Positions 1 to 8,413 of a DNA stretch of 32,000 bases are shown here, in pieces (position 1 is the first letter of the stretch; the number at the start of each line of letters is the position of its first letter). This stretch comes from Geotalea daltonii FRC-32. GTDB taxonomy: Bacteria; Desulfobacterota; Desulfuromonadia; Geobacterales; Geobacteraceae. Below the pieces are notes generated by a model that was not told the DNA's origin, did not search any database, and saw only the letters and a list, made by a program, of their open reading frames with translations. The stretch lies in assembly GCF_000022265.1 (NCBI RefSeq), contig NC_011979.1, positions 3,300,001 to 3,332,000 of the forward strand. The letters are read 5' to 3'. The position numbers were made by a program, and so were the translations under genes.

Positions 1-311
1 GGACTGTCACCAACGTGGCTGCGTTTGGCGCGTTTGTGGATATCGGCGTTCACCAGGACGGCCTTGTCCATGTGAGCCACCTGTCCCGGCGCTTTGTCAG
101 GGAAGCAAGCGAAGCGGTAAAAGTTGGGGAAATCGTCAAGGTGAAGGTTCTTGCCGTGGACCTGCAGCGGAAGCGAATATCTCTGTCGATTAAAGAAGCT
201 GAACCAGGCAGAGAGAAGGAAAAACCAGCATCACGCCCCGCAGCCGGGAAAAATACAGGGGCTGCAGATTTGAGTGGCTGGGAAAAGGCGGGATTCCGTG
301 TAAAAAAATAG
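1..311 (+). CDS. 3' fragment of a Tex/YhgF-like transcription accessory protein (C-terminal S1 RNA-binding domain); 5' end is outside the window
   Basis: Frame is open to the window edge (in frame from nt 3). Translation [28 protein letters not shown]...[23 protein letters not shown] is a canonical S1 OB-fold as found at the Tex C-terminus. TAG stop at 309-311; a hairpin terminator follows. Confidence 0.7.
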   Translation, partial: TVTNVAAFGAFVDIGVHQDGLVHVSHLSRRFVREASEAVKVGEIVKVKVLAVDLQRKRISLSIKEAEPGREKEKPASRPAAGKNTGAADLSGWEKAGFRVKK

Positions 312-340
312 GATCGTGAAAAAAGATTGCCTGAGACAGA

Positions 341-398
341 AAGGCGCCAATTATCAAGGACAACTGATGCTCCTGGATTATTGGCGCCTTTGCTTTTG
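341..398 (+). terminator. Rho-independent terminator after the Tex-like gene
   Basis: AAGGCGCCAAT (341-351) pairs with ATTGGCGCCTT (380-390), followed by TGCTTTTGC. The loop is long (~28 nt). Confidence 0.5.
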
Positions 399-417
399 CT
401 GAACTGCTGTAATTATT

Positions 418-597
418 TAGTTTCCATCCGGAAACTCCGGATGAGAAACTAGTGGTTTCCGATTCGGAAAGAGGGGATTTTTTGTTCTGGCAAGGAAATC
501 AAGGGCTTGCGCGGAGACGTACATCGGTACGTCGCACAAGTAAGCCCGCAGATTGACGCCGCCAGGGCAGAAAAGAACCCTTTCCGGATGGAAACTA
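418..597 (+). ncRNA. Candidate structured RNA / structured repeat, copy 1 (family unknown)
   Basis: A perfect 17-bp closing helix (418-434 with 581-597). A 13-bp inner helix (478-490 with 562-574, 3 G-U). Apical hairpins 503-508/542-547 and 516-522/527-533. Shares sequence blocks and compensated helices with 9952-10098. G-U pairs only work on the + strand. Confidence 0.45.
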
Positions 598-1035
598 TTT
601 ACAGCGGAGGAGTTTCCTGCCGATGTTGAAGAGGACCTCTATCTTGCCTTGCTGGCGGGAGCAGACCACGCCAAAGCCGAATACCGGGTGATCCAGGAGA
701 TCCTCTACTTTAAAGGAACCTTCCATATCGTAGGGAATTGCCCGCCCGGTATCTTTGGTGTGAAAAAGCCGTTCCCACTCTTCGCGCTCTGATTCTCCGG
801 CGTCTTTTTTCACCTTCGGCCGCGGCGATGCAGTTGATCCTGAAGCGGCTCTGCGCGGTTTAGGGTCTTCTTTCGGCTTCTCAGCACGATGGTTATGTTC
901 GCTGCCGCAGGTGTTGCATTTGACGCGGGCCACGCGTCCTCCCACCATGGCAATTATGGTATGGTTATACACAGCCTTGCATCGAGTACACATTGATTCT
1001 ATTTCACTGCCTGCAGCCAATATTCTTCCTGTCAT
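595..1035 (-). CDS. Zinc-ribbon protein with a basic linker and small C-terminal beta-rich domain (function unknown)
   Basis: 146-aa ORF. N-terminal CxxC...CxxC (CTRCKAV...KCNTCGS), a K/P/R-rich linker, and a C-terminal FKVEDLLDHPVFGFGVV...KIEVLF motif typical of small deltaproteobacterial Zn-ribbon proteins. No specific family recognised. Confidence 0.6.
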   Translation of the reverse strand: MTGRILAAGSEIESMCTRCKAVYNHTIIAMVGGRVARVKCNTCGSEHNHRAEKPKEDPKPRRAASGSTASPRPKVKKDAGESEREEWERLFHTKDTGRAIPYDMEGSFKVEDLLDHPVFGFGVVCSRQQGKIEVLFNIGRKLLRCK

Positions 1036-1063
1036 GACCTTCCTCTTGCGGTGTTTTCGCCCA

Positions 1064-1094
1064 TGAAAAAAGGTTTAACCGTTTCGGTCAAACC
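1064..1094 (-). terminator. Rho-independent terminator downstream of the tRNA operon
   Basis: On the - strand: GGTTTGACC-GAAAC-GGTTAAACC (one G-U), followed directly by TTTTTT (A-run 1065-1070 on +). Confidence 0.65.
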
Positions 1095-1109
1095 TCAAAG
1101 ATTGCTAAA

Positions 1110-1194
1110 TGGTGCGAGATGGGAGACTTGAACTCCCACGAGTTACCCCGCCAGATCCTAAGTCTGGTGCGTCTGCCAATTCCGCCAATCTCGC
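1110..1194 (-). tRNA. tRNA-Leu (anticodon TAG), long variable arm, encoded CCA
   Basis: Hand-folded cloverleaf. Acceptor GCGAGAT/ATCTCGC; anticodon stem CCAGA/TCTGG with loop CT-TAG-GA; T arm GGGAG-TTCAAGT-CTCCC; 85 nt. Confidence 0.9.
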
Positions 1195-1213
1195 TTATCT
1201 GTCACTAATAATA

Positions 1214-1234
1214 AGCCCCGTTTTTGGCGGGGCT
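1214..1234 (-). terminator. Hairpin between tRNA-His and tRNA-Leu (weak terminator or processing signal)
   Basis: AGCCCCG-N7-CGGGGCT. On the - strand it is followed by TATTATTAG, which is U-rich but interrupted. Confidence 0.3.
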
Positions 1235-1245
1235 TTGTGTCTAGT

Positions 1246-1322
1246 TGGGGTGGCTAGTGGGATTCGAACCCACGTATGAACGAGTCACAGTCGTTTGTGT
1301 TAACCGCTTCACCATAGCCACC
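1246..1322 (-). tRNA. tRNA-His (anticodon GTG) with the extra G-1, encoded CCA
   Basis: Acceptor GTGGCTA/TAGCCAC preceded by G-1 opposite discriminator C; anticodon loop CT-GTG-AC; T arm GTGGG-TTCGAAT-CCCAC. Confidence 0.9.
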
Positions 1323-1334
1323 ATATGTGGGAAA

Positions 1335-1411
<77 letters not shown>

Positions 1412-1417
1412 ACAAAA

Positions 1418-1496
<79 letters not shown>

Positions 1497-1509
1497 ATCG
1501 AAGACAAAC

Positions 1510-1538
1510 TTTATAGCACAGGATTGGGTGACCTGCAA
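1510..1538 (-). promoter_or_regulatory. Sigma70-type promoter for the tRNA operon
   Basis: On the - strand: TTGCAG (1538-1533), 17-nt spacer, TATAAA (1515-1510), about 13 nt upstream of the tRNA-Pro 5' end. An A-rich UP-like tract lies upstream. Confidence 0.45.
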
Positions 1539-1559
1539 GCTTTTTTACTCAAATTTCAA

Positions 1560-2156
1560 CTAAGTGTTTACCGTGGCAAGAAATTCCTTCAGGGCTTCAA
1601 GAGCTTTGCCCCGATGACTGATCCTGTTTTTTATGCTCATGGGCAGTTCGGCCAGGGTCAGGCTATACTCGGGAACCAGAAAAAGAGGGTCATAACCGAA
1701 TCCCTCTGATCCCCTGGGGCTGTCCAGGATCAGGCCGCGCAGTTCCCCATCGAAAGTACGGCAGGACCCGTCCGGGTAACATAGGGCCACGACACAGTGA
1801 AACGCAGCCGAACGCTCCGTCTCCGGTAGTCGAGCCAGCTCTCCAAGCAGCTTGTCGTTATTGTCCGCGTCGCTGGCCCCTTCCCCGGCAAATCTGGCCG
1901 AGAATACGCCGGGATTGCCCTCCAGGGCGTCGACAACAAGCCCGGAATCATCTGCGAGAACGGGCTTACCTGTAGCCTCTGCAGCGGCTTTTGCCTTTTT
2001 CACTGCATTTTCCGTGAAAGTCAATCCGTCTTCAACTACAGCTGGAAATGAGGAAAAATCAGCTGGGGAAAGGAGCTTTTCGACGCATCCGCGCAACAGA
2101 TCCTCAATTTCCAGCAGCTTGCCCCTGTTGCCCGTGGCGACCACAAGTTCTTTCAT
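1560..2156 (-). CDS. rdgB: Non-canonical purine NTP pyrophosphatase (RdgB/HAM1 family)
   Basis: 198 aa. Motifs [31 protein letters not shown]. The start overlaps the rph stop (ATGA). Confidence 0.9.
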   Translation of the reverse strand: MKELVVATGNRGKLLEIEDLLRGCVEKLLSPADFSSFPAVVEDGLTFTENAVKKAKAAAEATGKPVLADDSGLVVDALEGNPGVFSARFAGEGASDADNNDKLLGELARLPETERSAAFHCVVALCYPDGSCRTFDGELRGLILDSPRGSEGFGYDPLFLVPEYSLTLAELPMSIKNRISHRGKALEALKEFLATVNT

Positions 2157-2869
2157 CGGGCGAGAACCGCCTGTTGAATCTGAAACAACTGCTTGATACC
2201 GTCAACGGCCAGGGTGCGCATGGCATCCATCTGCTCGATAGTGAAAGGTTCAGCCTCGGCAGTTCCCTGGACCTCGACGAAACGGTTGGAGGAGGTCATG
2301 ACAAAGTTCATATCCACCTCGGCAGCAGAGTCCTCCACATAATTCAGATCGAGAACTGCAACTCCGCCAACGATGCCGACACTAACGGCTGCAACAGCCT
2401 CGCGGATCGGCAATGACGACAGTTCACCCTTTGCCACCAGCCCCTGCAATGCATCGCATAGCGCCACGTAGGCCCCTGTTATGGAGGCCGTACGTGTGCC
2501 CCCGTCAGCCTGAATGACATCACAGTCAATAATTATGCTTCTCTCGCCAAGGAGGGACATATCCACCACCGCCCGCAAGGAACGACCGATCAGCCGCTGT
2601 ATTTCGTGGGTCCGCCCCCCCACCTTCCCTTTCGCTGCTTCCCTTGGCGACCGGCTATGGGTAGCCCTGGGCAACATCGAATATTCCGCTGTGACCCAAC
2701 CTGTTCCCTTGCCGCGCAAAAAGGGCGGAACCGATGATTCTACGGAAGCGGTACAGATGACCTTGGTATCTCCGAATTCAACCAGTACCGATCCTTCCGC
2801 ATGCTTTATGTAATTGCGGGTTATTCTAACTTCTCTGAGACTTCCTTCTCCACGTCCGTCAAAGCGCAT
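2153..2869 (-). CDS. rph: Ribonuclease PH
   Basis: 238 aa. Motifs [16 protein letters not shown] and [18 protein letters not shown]. Classic rph-rdgB pairing. Confidence 0.92.
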   Translation of the reverse strand: MRFDGRGEGSLREVRITRNYIKHAEGSVLVEFGDTKVICTASVESSVPPFLRGKGTGWVTAEYSMLPRATHSRSPREAAKGKVGGRTHEIQRLIGRSLRAVVDMSLLGERSIIIDCDVIQADGGTRTASITGAYVALCDALQGLVAKGELSSLPIREAVAAVSVGIVGGVAVLDLNYVEDSAAEVDMNFVMTSSNRFVEVQGTAEAEPFTIEQMDAMRTLAVDGIKQLFQIQQAVLAR

Positions 2870-2909
2870 AATTCTCCCTGATAATGATGGTTATTAAAAG
2901 CTGTGAAAT

Positions 2910-4058
2910 CTACAAGTCGGATTGGGGTTTGGCCTGAAGAACTGGCAGGTAAAGAACCCTGCCGATGGAAGTGTTGCTCTTCTTGTCGAAGATACGCTTG
3001 CCGGTGGTCGGGGTGCCCTCTCCCCACCAATTACCCATTGCCTTGAAATCATCTGCTCCGGCATTGTATAGGTCGTAATCCCCGTTGCCGACAAAAGTGT
3101 TTCCCCAGGCAACCCCCTTGCCGTCTTCCACCCTGAGACCCACCTTGCTGTTATGGGAAATGTCGTTGGCAGTCACCTTCACCCTGGCTTTGGACAGAGT
3201 AACGCCATAGTCTTTGTTTTTCAGGATCCTGTTTCCTGATAGCGTGCCTTCACCCTGGATCAGGGTAACGCCGCTGCCGTTGACACTGAAGCTGTTGCCA
3301 ATAATCCTGATCCGTCCTCCTTCGACTTTGACCGCCTCCAGGCTGTTGCTGTAGAATGTTGATCCACCCAGATAAAGGGAAGACTGGAAAGCAACTACCG
3401 CCTGTCCATTGCCTGAATAATTAACATCTCGCACATCAGCCTCGGTTTCCGTCAGTTCCAACCCGATATTGCAATTAGTGGCCCCGCCTCCGACGATAAC
3501 AGCCATGCAGTCCTGAATCCTGGCACCTGTGCCACAAGCCGCAAAACCGACATTTTTAAGGGTTATTCTGGAAAAAAGAGCCTCGATCCCAGTTTCAGCA
3601 CCTGTTATCCGGCAGTTTTCCAGGACATTTTTCTTGTCGCTGGACATGATGACGATCCCTTGCCAGTCTCCCTGTGTCGGCTCCGTATATAAAGAGGTGA
3701 AAACTACTGGTTTGTCTGCCCCCCCAAGTGCCTGGATTCTGCCATGTATCAAGAAAACCGGTTTGTCCCCACCAGGTGACTGCCTGAAGAAAACAGTGGT
3801 GCCTGGCTCTAGTGTAAGAGTTGCCTGAGGGGCAAGAATGAGTCCACCTTCGACAAGCACATTGCCCTTCCAGGTTACATCCTCGGCGATGGTCCTGTTT
3901 TTATAGGTCAGGTCGGCAACAGGAGACAGAACCGTACGATCCGGACTATCAGTTTTGTTATCCCGGTCTCCTGCGGTTGCCGGACCGGGATTTCCTGACA
4001 AAGCCAACCCCATGGCGACAGCAGCATAAACGCAGACTTTCTTGAAAATCAGATACAT
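2910..4058 (-). CDS. Secreted right-handed parallel beta-helix repeat protein (NosD/CASH-like)
   Basis: 382 aa. N-terminal signal peptide (MYLIFKKVCVYAAVAMGLALS). Repeated ~22-aa units (xGxxIxxxNCxIxG, GIxL, NxIxxN) typical of pectin-lyase-fold proteins. Confidence 0.65.
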   Translation of the reverse strand: MYLIFKKVCVYAAVAMGLALSGNPGPATAGDRDNKTDSPDRTVLSPVADLTYKNRTIAEDVTWKGNVLVEGGLILAPQATLTLEPGTTVFFRQSPGGDKPVFLIHGRIQALGGADKPVVFTSLYTEPTQGDWQGIVIMSSDKKNVLENCRITGAETGIEALFSRITLKNVGFAACGTGARIQDCMAVIVGGGATNCNIGLELTETEADVRDVNYSGNGQAVVAFQSSLYLGGSTFYSNSLEAVKVEGGRIRIIGNSFSVNGSGVTLIQGEGTLSGNRILKNKDYGVTLSKARVKVTANDISHNSKVGLRVEDGKGVAWGNTFVGNGDYDLYNAGADDFKAMGNWWGEGTPTTGKRIFDKKSNTSIGRVLYLPVLQAKPQSDL

Positions 4059-4077
4059 GATGGCACGACGTCAGTAA

Positions 4078-5184
4078 TTAAACCGCCGTCTCCTCCTTGC
4101 TGTAATACACCTTGTTCTTGCCGAACACCTTGGCCTGGTAAAGCAGTGCATCGACCTTTTCGAATAATTGATCCTTCTTGTCGGCGTCGACCGGATAAGA
4201 GGCTACTCCCACACTGACAGTAACTCCATGTCCGGCAAGCTTGGTGAATTTTGTCGCCGTTTCCGTCTCGATTATCTGGCGAAGCCGCTCTGCAACCTGG
4301 AATGCCTGCTCAAGGCGAGTTTCAGGCAGAAGAACGATGAATTCCTCTCCTCCATAACGAAAGGCATAGTCAACCCCCCTGAGTGTTCCAGCTATGAGCT
4401 CGCCGATGGAGGTAAGGACCAGATCCCCTGTCGAATGACCATATCTGTCATTGAATTTTTTAAAGTCATCAACATCAAGCATGATAATGGACAGATCCTT
4501 GTGATAGCGTTTACATCTGCCCATTTCAATGCTGAAAATATGGTGAAAATGGCGGTGGTTGTACAGACCGGTAAGGGCATCGGTTATGGCAAGAAGCTTT
4601 GTCCTGTTGTGCAGCTTGGCATTATAAATGGCCATGGCGGCAAATGAGGAAAGTACCGATAGAAGATTCATCCGCTCCTTGTCGAAGACACGGGGAACAA
4701 AATCGTCCAGGTACAGGACCCCCATCACCCGATCGCCAAAGGTAAGGGGAACGCAGACCAGCGACTGGATCCCTTCCCTGACCATCATGGGATTCTGGGA
4801 AAAATTGGCTGTAGCAGTATTTTCAACAAAGAAGATCTCCCTGGCCTTAAGTACCTGTTCCGTAAGTCCGCCAGGAGAGACATCCCAACGTTCCTTCTTG
4901 ATGAAGTCGGCAGTTAAACCCGAATGGGCATGCAGGGACAGCTCATGTTTGTTTTCGTCGTAAAGCCCCACGCTGCCGGCTGGCGTTTCAGCAAAATGCA
5001 TGGCGCTTGTCAGGATGGCCTGGAGCACCGTATCAAGATCCAAGGTGGAGACAACGGCCTTGGCCACTTCAATCAGCTCTTTCAGCGCTTTGACCTGCGC
5101 CTCCAGCGCGTCTCTTTCCTTATCCCTTGTCGCCATACTTACCCCGTTTGAATTAATCGGTAACTGATAGCACAATTTGTTCAC
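4078..5184 (-). CDS. GAF-domain diguanylate cyclase (GGDEF) with intact active site and I-site
   Basis: 368 aa. A coiled N-terminus, a GAF-like region, then a GGDEF domain with RYGGEEF and an RxxD I-site (RGVD) five residues upstream. An alternative start ATG at 5136 (MATRDKE) is preceded by GGGG. Confidence 0.85.
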   Translation of the reverse strand: MNKLCYQLPINSNGVSMATRDKERDALEAQVKALKELIEVAKAVVSTLDLDTVLQAILTSAMHFAETPAGSVGLYDENKHELSLHAHSGLTADFIKKERWDVSPGGLTEQVLKAREIFFVENTATANFSQNPMMVREGIQSLVCVPLTFGDRVMGVLYLDDFVPRVFDKERMNLLSVLSSFAAMAIYNAKLHNRTKLLAITDALTGLYNHRHFHHIFSIEMGRCKRYHKDLSIIMLDVDDFKKFNDRYGHSTGDLVLTSIGELIAGTLRGVDYAFRYGGEEFIVLLPETRLEQAFQVAERLRQIIETETATKFTKLAGHGVTVSVGVASYPVDADKKDQLFEKVDALLYQAKVFGKNKVYYSKEETAV

Positions 5185-5268
5185 CTTGTAAATGAGAACA
5201 CTGCCATGTTGGAAGAGTCTTCAGCACTTTTCACGTTGAATCAAACCCTTACGAAATATGCTTGACAG

Positions 5269-5284
5269 GCCATATATGTTGTGG
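5269..5284 (+). promoter_or_regulatory. NrdR box 1 (overlaps a TTGACA -35-like hexamer at 5262-5267)
   Basis: GCCATATATGTTGTGG. Its reverse complement CCACAACATATATGGC matches roughly 10 of 16 positions of the NrdR consensus acaCwAtATaTwGtgt. Confidence 0.6.
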
Positions 5285-5300
5285 TTTATTTCATGCCGTG

Positions 5301-5316
5301 CCACTAAATATAGTAT
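5301..5316 (+). promoter_or_regulatory. NrdR box 2
   Basis: CCACTAAATATAGTAT matches about 13/16 of the NrdR consensus. It is centred 32 bp (three helical turns) from box 1 and 42 nt upstream of the nrdJ ATG. Confidence 0.7.
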
Positions 5317-5357
5317 AAATTTGAAATACTAATTTAATTTCCAAGGAGAAAAGAAAC

Positions 5358-7586
5358 ATGAAAAAAACAACCAAGGGAAACATTCCGGGTTTATCGAAAA
5401 ATGCTGTCACTGTCCTGGAGAAGCGTTACCTGAAGCGGGACAAGGATGGAAAAGTACTCGAATCCCCCGTGGATATGTTTCGCCGGGTTGCCGAATCCAT
5501 TGCCGCAGCAGATGCAAGATTCGATAAAAAAGCCGATATCGCTGCTCTTGCCGACAAATTTTTTGCCATGATGACCTCCTTCGAATTTCTTCCCAACTCC
5601 CCCACATTGATGAACGCAGGTCGTGAGCTGGGTCAACTCTCCGCCTGTTTCGTCCTCCCGGTGGGAGATTCCATGGAAGAAATTTTCGATGCGGTAAAAC
5701 ACACTGCCCTCATCCACAAGTCCGGAGGGGGTACAGGTTTTTCATTTTCACGTCTCCGCCCGGCCAACGACATGGTCATGTCGACTACCGGCATTTCCAG
5801 CGGCCCCCTCTCCTTCATGCGCGTTTTTGATGTGGCTACCGAAACCATAAAGCAGGGAGGAACGAGACGCGGCGCCAACATGGGCATTCTGCGGGTCGAT
5901 CATCCCGATATCATGGATTTCATCATGTGCAAGGCAGATCAAAGACAGCTGAACAACTTTAACATCTCAGTCGGCCTTACCGAAGAATTCATGAAGGCTG
6001 TGGACGCAGATCGCGAGTATAACCTGATCAACCCACGCAGTGGTGAAAAAGCCGGTAGCCTCAACGCCCGCAAGGTCTTCAACCGGATCGTCAAGCAGGC
6101 CTGGGAAAATGGCGAGCCGGGCATCATCTTTATCGACCGCCTCAACAAGGACAACCCGACCCCCCACATCGGCCAGATCGAATCCACCAACCCCTGTGGA
6201 GAGCAACCGTTGCTACCCTACGAGTCGTGCAATCTGGGCTCAATAAATCTTGGCAAGATGGTGGAACATGGCGAAATCAACTGGCAGCGCCTCAAGGAGG
6301 TCATCCTGCTGGCAGTGAACTTCCTGGACAATGTCATCGAGGTCAACAACTATCCCCTCGAACAGATTGACGCCATGACCCGCGCCAACCGCAAGATCGG
6401 CCTGGGTGTCATGGGCTGGGCCGATTTGCTGATCCTGCTCGGCATCCCTTACAATTCCAAGGAAGCAATCGAGCTGGGCGAAAAAATCATGAAATTCATC
6501 AACGATGAAGGACATGCCGCCTCTGTGCAACTGGCAAAAGTTCGCGGGCCTTTCCCCAATTTCAAAGGCTCTATCTTTGACAAGCCGGGCATGGAGCCGA
6601 TCAGAAACGCAACTGTCACCACCATTGCACCCACCGGCACCATATCCATTATCGCCAACGCCTCTTCGGGTGTGGAGCCGCTCTTTGCCGTCTCCTTCAT
6701 CCGCCAGGTAATGGACAAAAATATTCTTCTCGAAGTTAATCCCATCTTTGAAGAAACGGCAAAAAAAGAGGGTTTTTATTCGGAAGAGCTGATGCAGAAA
6801 ATTGCCGAGCATGGCACTGTCCATGATATCCCGGAAATACCCGAACAGATCAGGAATGTGTTTGTCACCGCCCACGACATCACTCCTGAAGTTCATATTT
6901 CCATGCAGGCAGCCTTCCAGAAACATACAGACAATGCCGTCAGCAAAACGGTCAACTTCCCCAATTCGGCCACCATCGAAGAGGTGGAAAAGGTCTACCG
7001 TCTTGCCTATGAGACAAACTGCAAGGGGGTAACCATCTACCGCGACGGTTCCAGGGACGAACAGGTTCTTTCCACCGGAAAGAAGGATGAAGCACCGAAA
7101 ACCCTGCCGGTTGCCGATGAAAAACGGTCACACAAACGTGAGCGACCCAAGGCCCTCAAAGGGTGGACATATCAGATGCAGACCGGTTGCGGCCCCCTCT
7201 ATGTGACGGTCAACGAAGACAAGAGCGGTCTCTTTGAACTTTTCACCACCATGGGAAAGGCCGGCGGCTGTGCCGCTTCACAGAGCGAAGCTATCGGTCG
7301 AATGGTATCACTGGCATGGCGCAGTGGCATTCAGGCGCGCCAGGTTATCAAGCAGCTGCTGGGCATTTCCTGCCACTGTCCGGCCGGCTTCGGTGAAAAC
7401 AAGGTTCTTTCCTGCGCCGACGCTGTAGCCAAAGCAATTCAGGCACACATGCAGGAAAGCGGCATCGATATGGGCATAGAGCAGGCCGCCTTCGACCGTG
7501 GAGCATGCCCCGAATGCGGCGGCATCGTCGAACACGAGGGAGGATGCGCCGTCTGCCGGGTCTGCGGCTATAGTGAATGCGCGTAA
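5358..7586 (+). CDS. nrdJ: Adenosylcobalamin-dependent ribonucleoside-di/triphosphate reductase, class II
   Basis: 742 aa. Motifs LPNSPTLMNAG, SACFVL, GGGTGFSFSRLRP, active-site TNPCGEQPL. C-terminal CPECGG...CAVCRVCG zinc ribbon. Good RBS (AAGGAGAA). Confidence 0.92.
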   Translation: MKKTTKGNIPGLSKNAVTVLEKRYLKRDKDGKVLESPVDMFRRVAESIAAADARFDKKADIAALADKFFAMMTSFEFLPNSPTLMNAGRELGQLSACFVLPVGDSMEEIFDAVKHTALIHKSGGGTGFSFSRLRPANDMVMSTTGISSGPLSFMRVFDVATETIKQGGTRRGANMGILRVDHPDIMDFIMCKADQRQLNNFNISVGLTEEFMKAVDADREYNLINPRSGEKAGSLNARKVFNRIVKQAWENGEPGIIFIDRLNKDNPTPHIGQIESTNPCGEQPLLPYESCNLGSINLGKMVEHGEINWQRLKEVILLAVNFLDNVIEVNNYPLEQIDAMTRANRKIGLGVMGWADLLILLGIPYNSKEAIELGEKIMKFINDEGHAASVQLAKVRGPFPNFKGSIFDKPGMEPIRNATVTTIAPTGTISIIANASSGVEPLFAVSFIRQVMDKNILLEVNPIFEETAKKEGFYSEELMQKIAEHGTVHDIPEIPEQIRNVFVTAHDITPEVHISMQAAFQKHTDNAVSKTVNFPNSATIEEVEKVYRLAYETNCKGVTIYRDGSRDEQVLSTGKKDEAPKTLPVADEKRSHKRERPKALKGWTYQMQTGCGPLYVTVNEDKSGLFELFTTMGKAGGCAASQSEAIGRMVSLAWRSGIQARQVIKQLLGISCHCPAGFGENKVLSCADAVAKAIQAHMQESGIDMGIEQAAFDRGACPECGGIVEHEGGCAVCRVCGYSECA

Positions 7587-7605
7587 TCCATTGAAGAATC
7601 ACCGA

Positions 7606-7636
7606 AAAAGGCCTGCTGCGAAGCAGGCCTTTTTAC
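7606..7636 (+). terminator. Rho-independent terminator after nrdJ
   Basis: AGGCCTGCT-GCGA-AGCAGGCCT followed by TTTTT. Confidence 0.85.
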
Positions 7637-7672
7637 TGTGGAAGCACCATCCGATGCTGAAGAGGAGCTGCC

Positions 7673-8290
7673 TTGATTGCCAAGCTTATGTCATACCTGC
7701 TGATTGCCACGGCACTTTTCGCGGCCGTTCCAGCCCATGGGGCTCCAGACCCCCATGCTGTACATTTGGAACTGAATCTTGCCCGTACCAACCCGAAAGG
7801 CTATGCAGAATACCTTGAACAGTTTCGCCGGAAGTTCCGAGGAAAGGCCTATCGCCTTGAGGATAAGCGCACCAGGGTTGTCACGCAGGAAGGTGTTAAA
7901 GCAGTGGACGAGGCCATCCGGTTCCTCTCCCGCACCAAGCCGCTGCCACCGCTGAAATGGTCTGACGGCATGGCCTCTGCAGCATCGGAACTGGTAAAAG
8001 AACAAGGAGAAACCGGCAGAACCGGGCACAATGCAAAGAGCGGAAACATGACCGAAAGGATTGAACGCCAGGGTCGGTGGCTTGGGAAAATTGGCGAAAA
8101 TATCGGTTATGGCCCGACAGAGGCCCGTCTGATGGTCATGCAGCTCATTATCGATGATGGGGTGCTCGACCGGGGGCACCGGAAAAACATTTTTGATCGC
8201 AAGTTCAATGTGGTAGGAGTCGCCTGTGGTGAGCATCCGGTCTTTAGATCCATGTGTGCCATGGACTTTGCCGGCAGTTTTGCAGAATAG
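7673..8290 (+). CDS. Secreted CAP/SCP/PR-1 superfamily protein (YkwD-like)
   Basis: 205 aa. Signal peptide ...ATALFAAVPAHG. Motifs LNLARTNP, GHRKNIF, VGVACG. TTG start 5 nt after AGGAG; an in-frame ATG lies at 7688. Confidence 0.7.
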   Translation: MIAKLMSYLLIATALFAAVPAHGAPDPHAVHLELNLARTNPKGYAEYLEQFRRKFRGKAYRLEDKRTRVVTQEGVKAVDEAIRFLSRTKPLPPLKWSDGMASAASELVKEQGETGRTGHNAKSGNMTERIERQGRWLGKIGENIGYGPTEARLMVMQLIIDDGVLDRGHRKNIFDRKFNVVGVACGEHPVFRSMCAMDFAGSFAE

Positions 8291-8413
8291 CGCCAAGATT
8301 ACTTCTTAAGACCGGCTTAAGGTTTTTCCTTTGGTGACGAAAAGTTTTGGGTGTATATAGGGGGCAGCCGAATCCTGACGGGTTCGGCAACATTTTCATC
8401 GGGAGGTAACGCA

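Noticed and set aside
553-792. 79-aa + strand ORF overlapping the Zn-ribbon gene
   Set aside because: It is antisense to a better-supported ORF with Zn-ribbon motifs. It has no RBS, and it starts inside the structured element.
5190-5357. Possible cobalamin riboswitch upstream of B12-dependent nrdJ (GCCACT at 5300-5305 resembles the end of the B12 box)
   Set aside because: The region is AT-rich and lacks the other conserved cobalamin-riboswitch blocks and helices. The GCCACT belongs to an NrdR box. B12 riboswitches normally repress B12-independent isozymes, not nrdJ.
6240-6926. 228-aa antisense ORF within nrdJ. Similar long shadow ORFs lie at 7691-8296, 9024-9599, 10675-11211, 15031-15633, 16580-17131 and 27495-28127.
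   Set aside because: Each lies opposite a gene with unmistakable family motifs and has low-complexity or Arg/Gly/His-rich translations typical of antisense frames. None has a convincing RBS.
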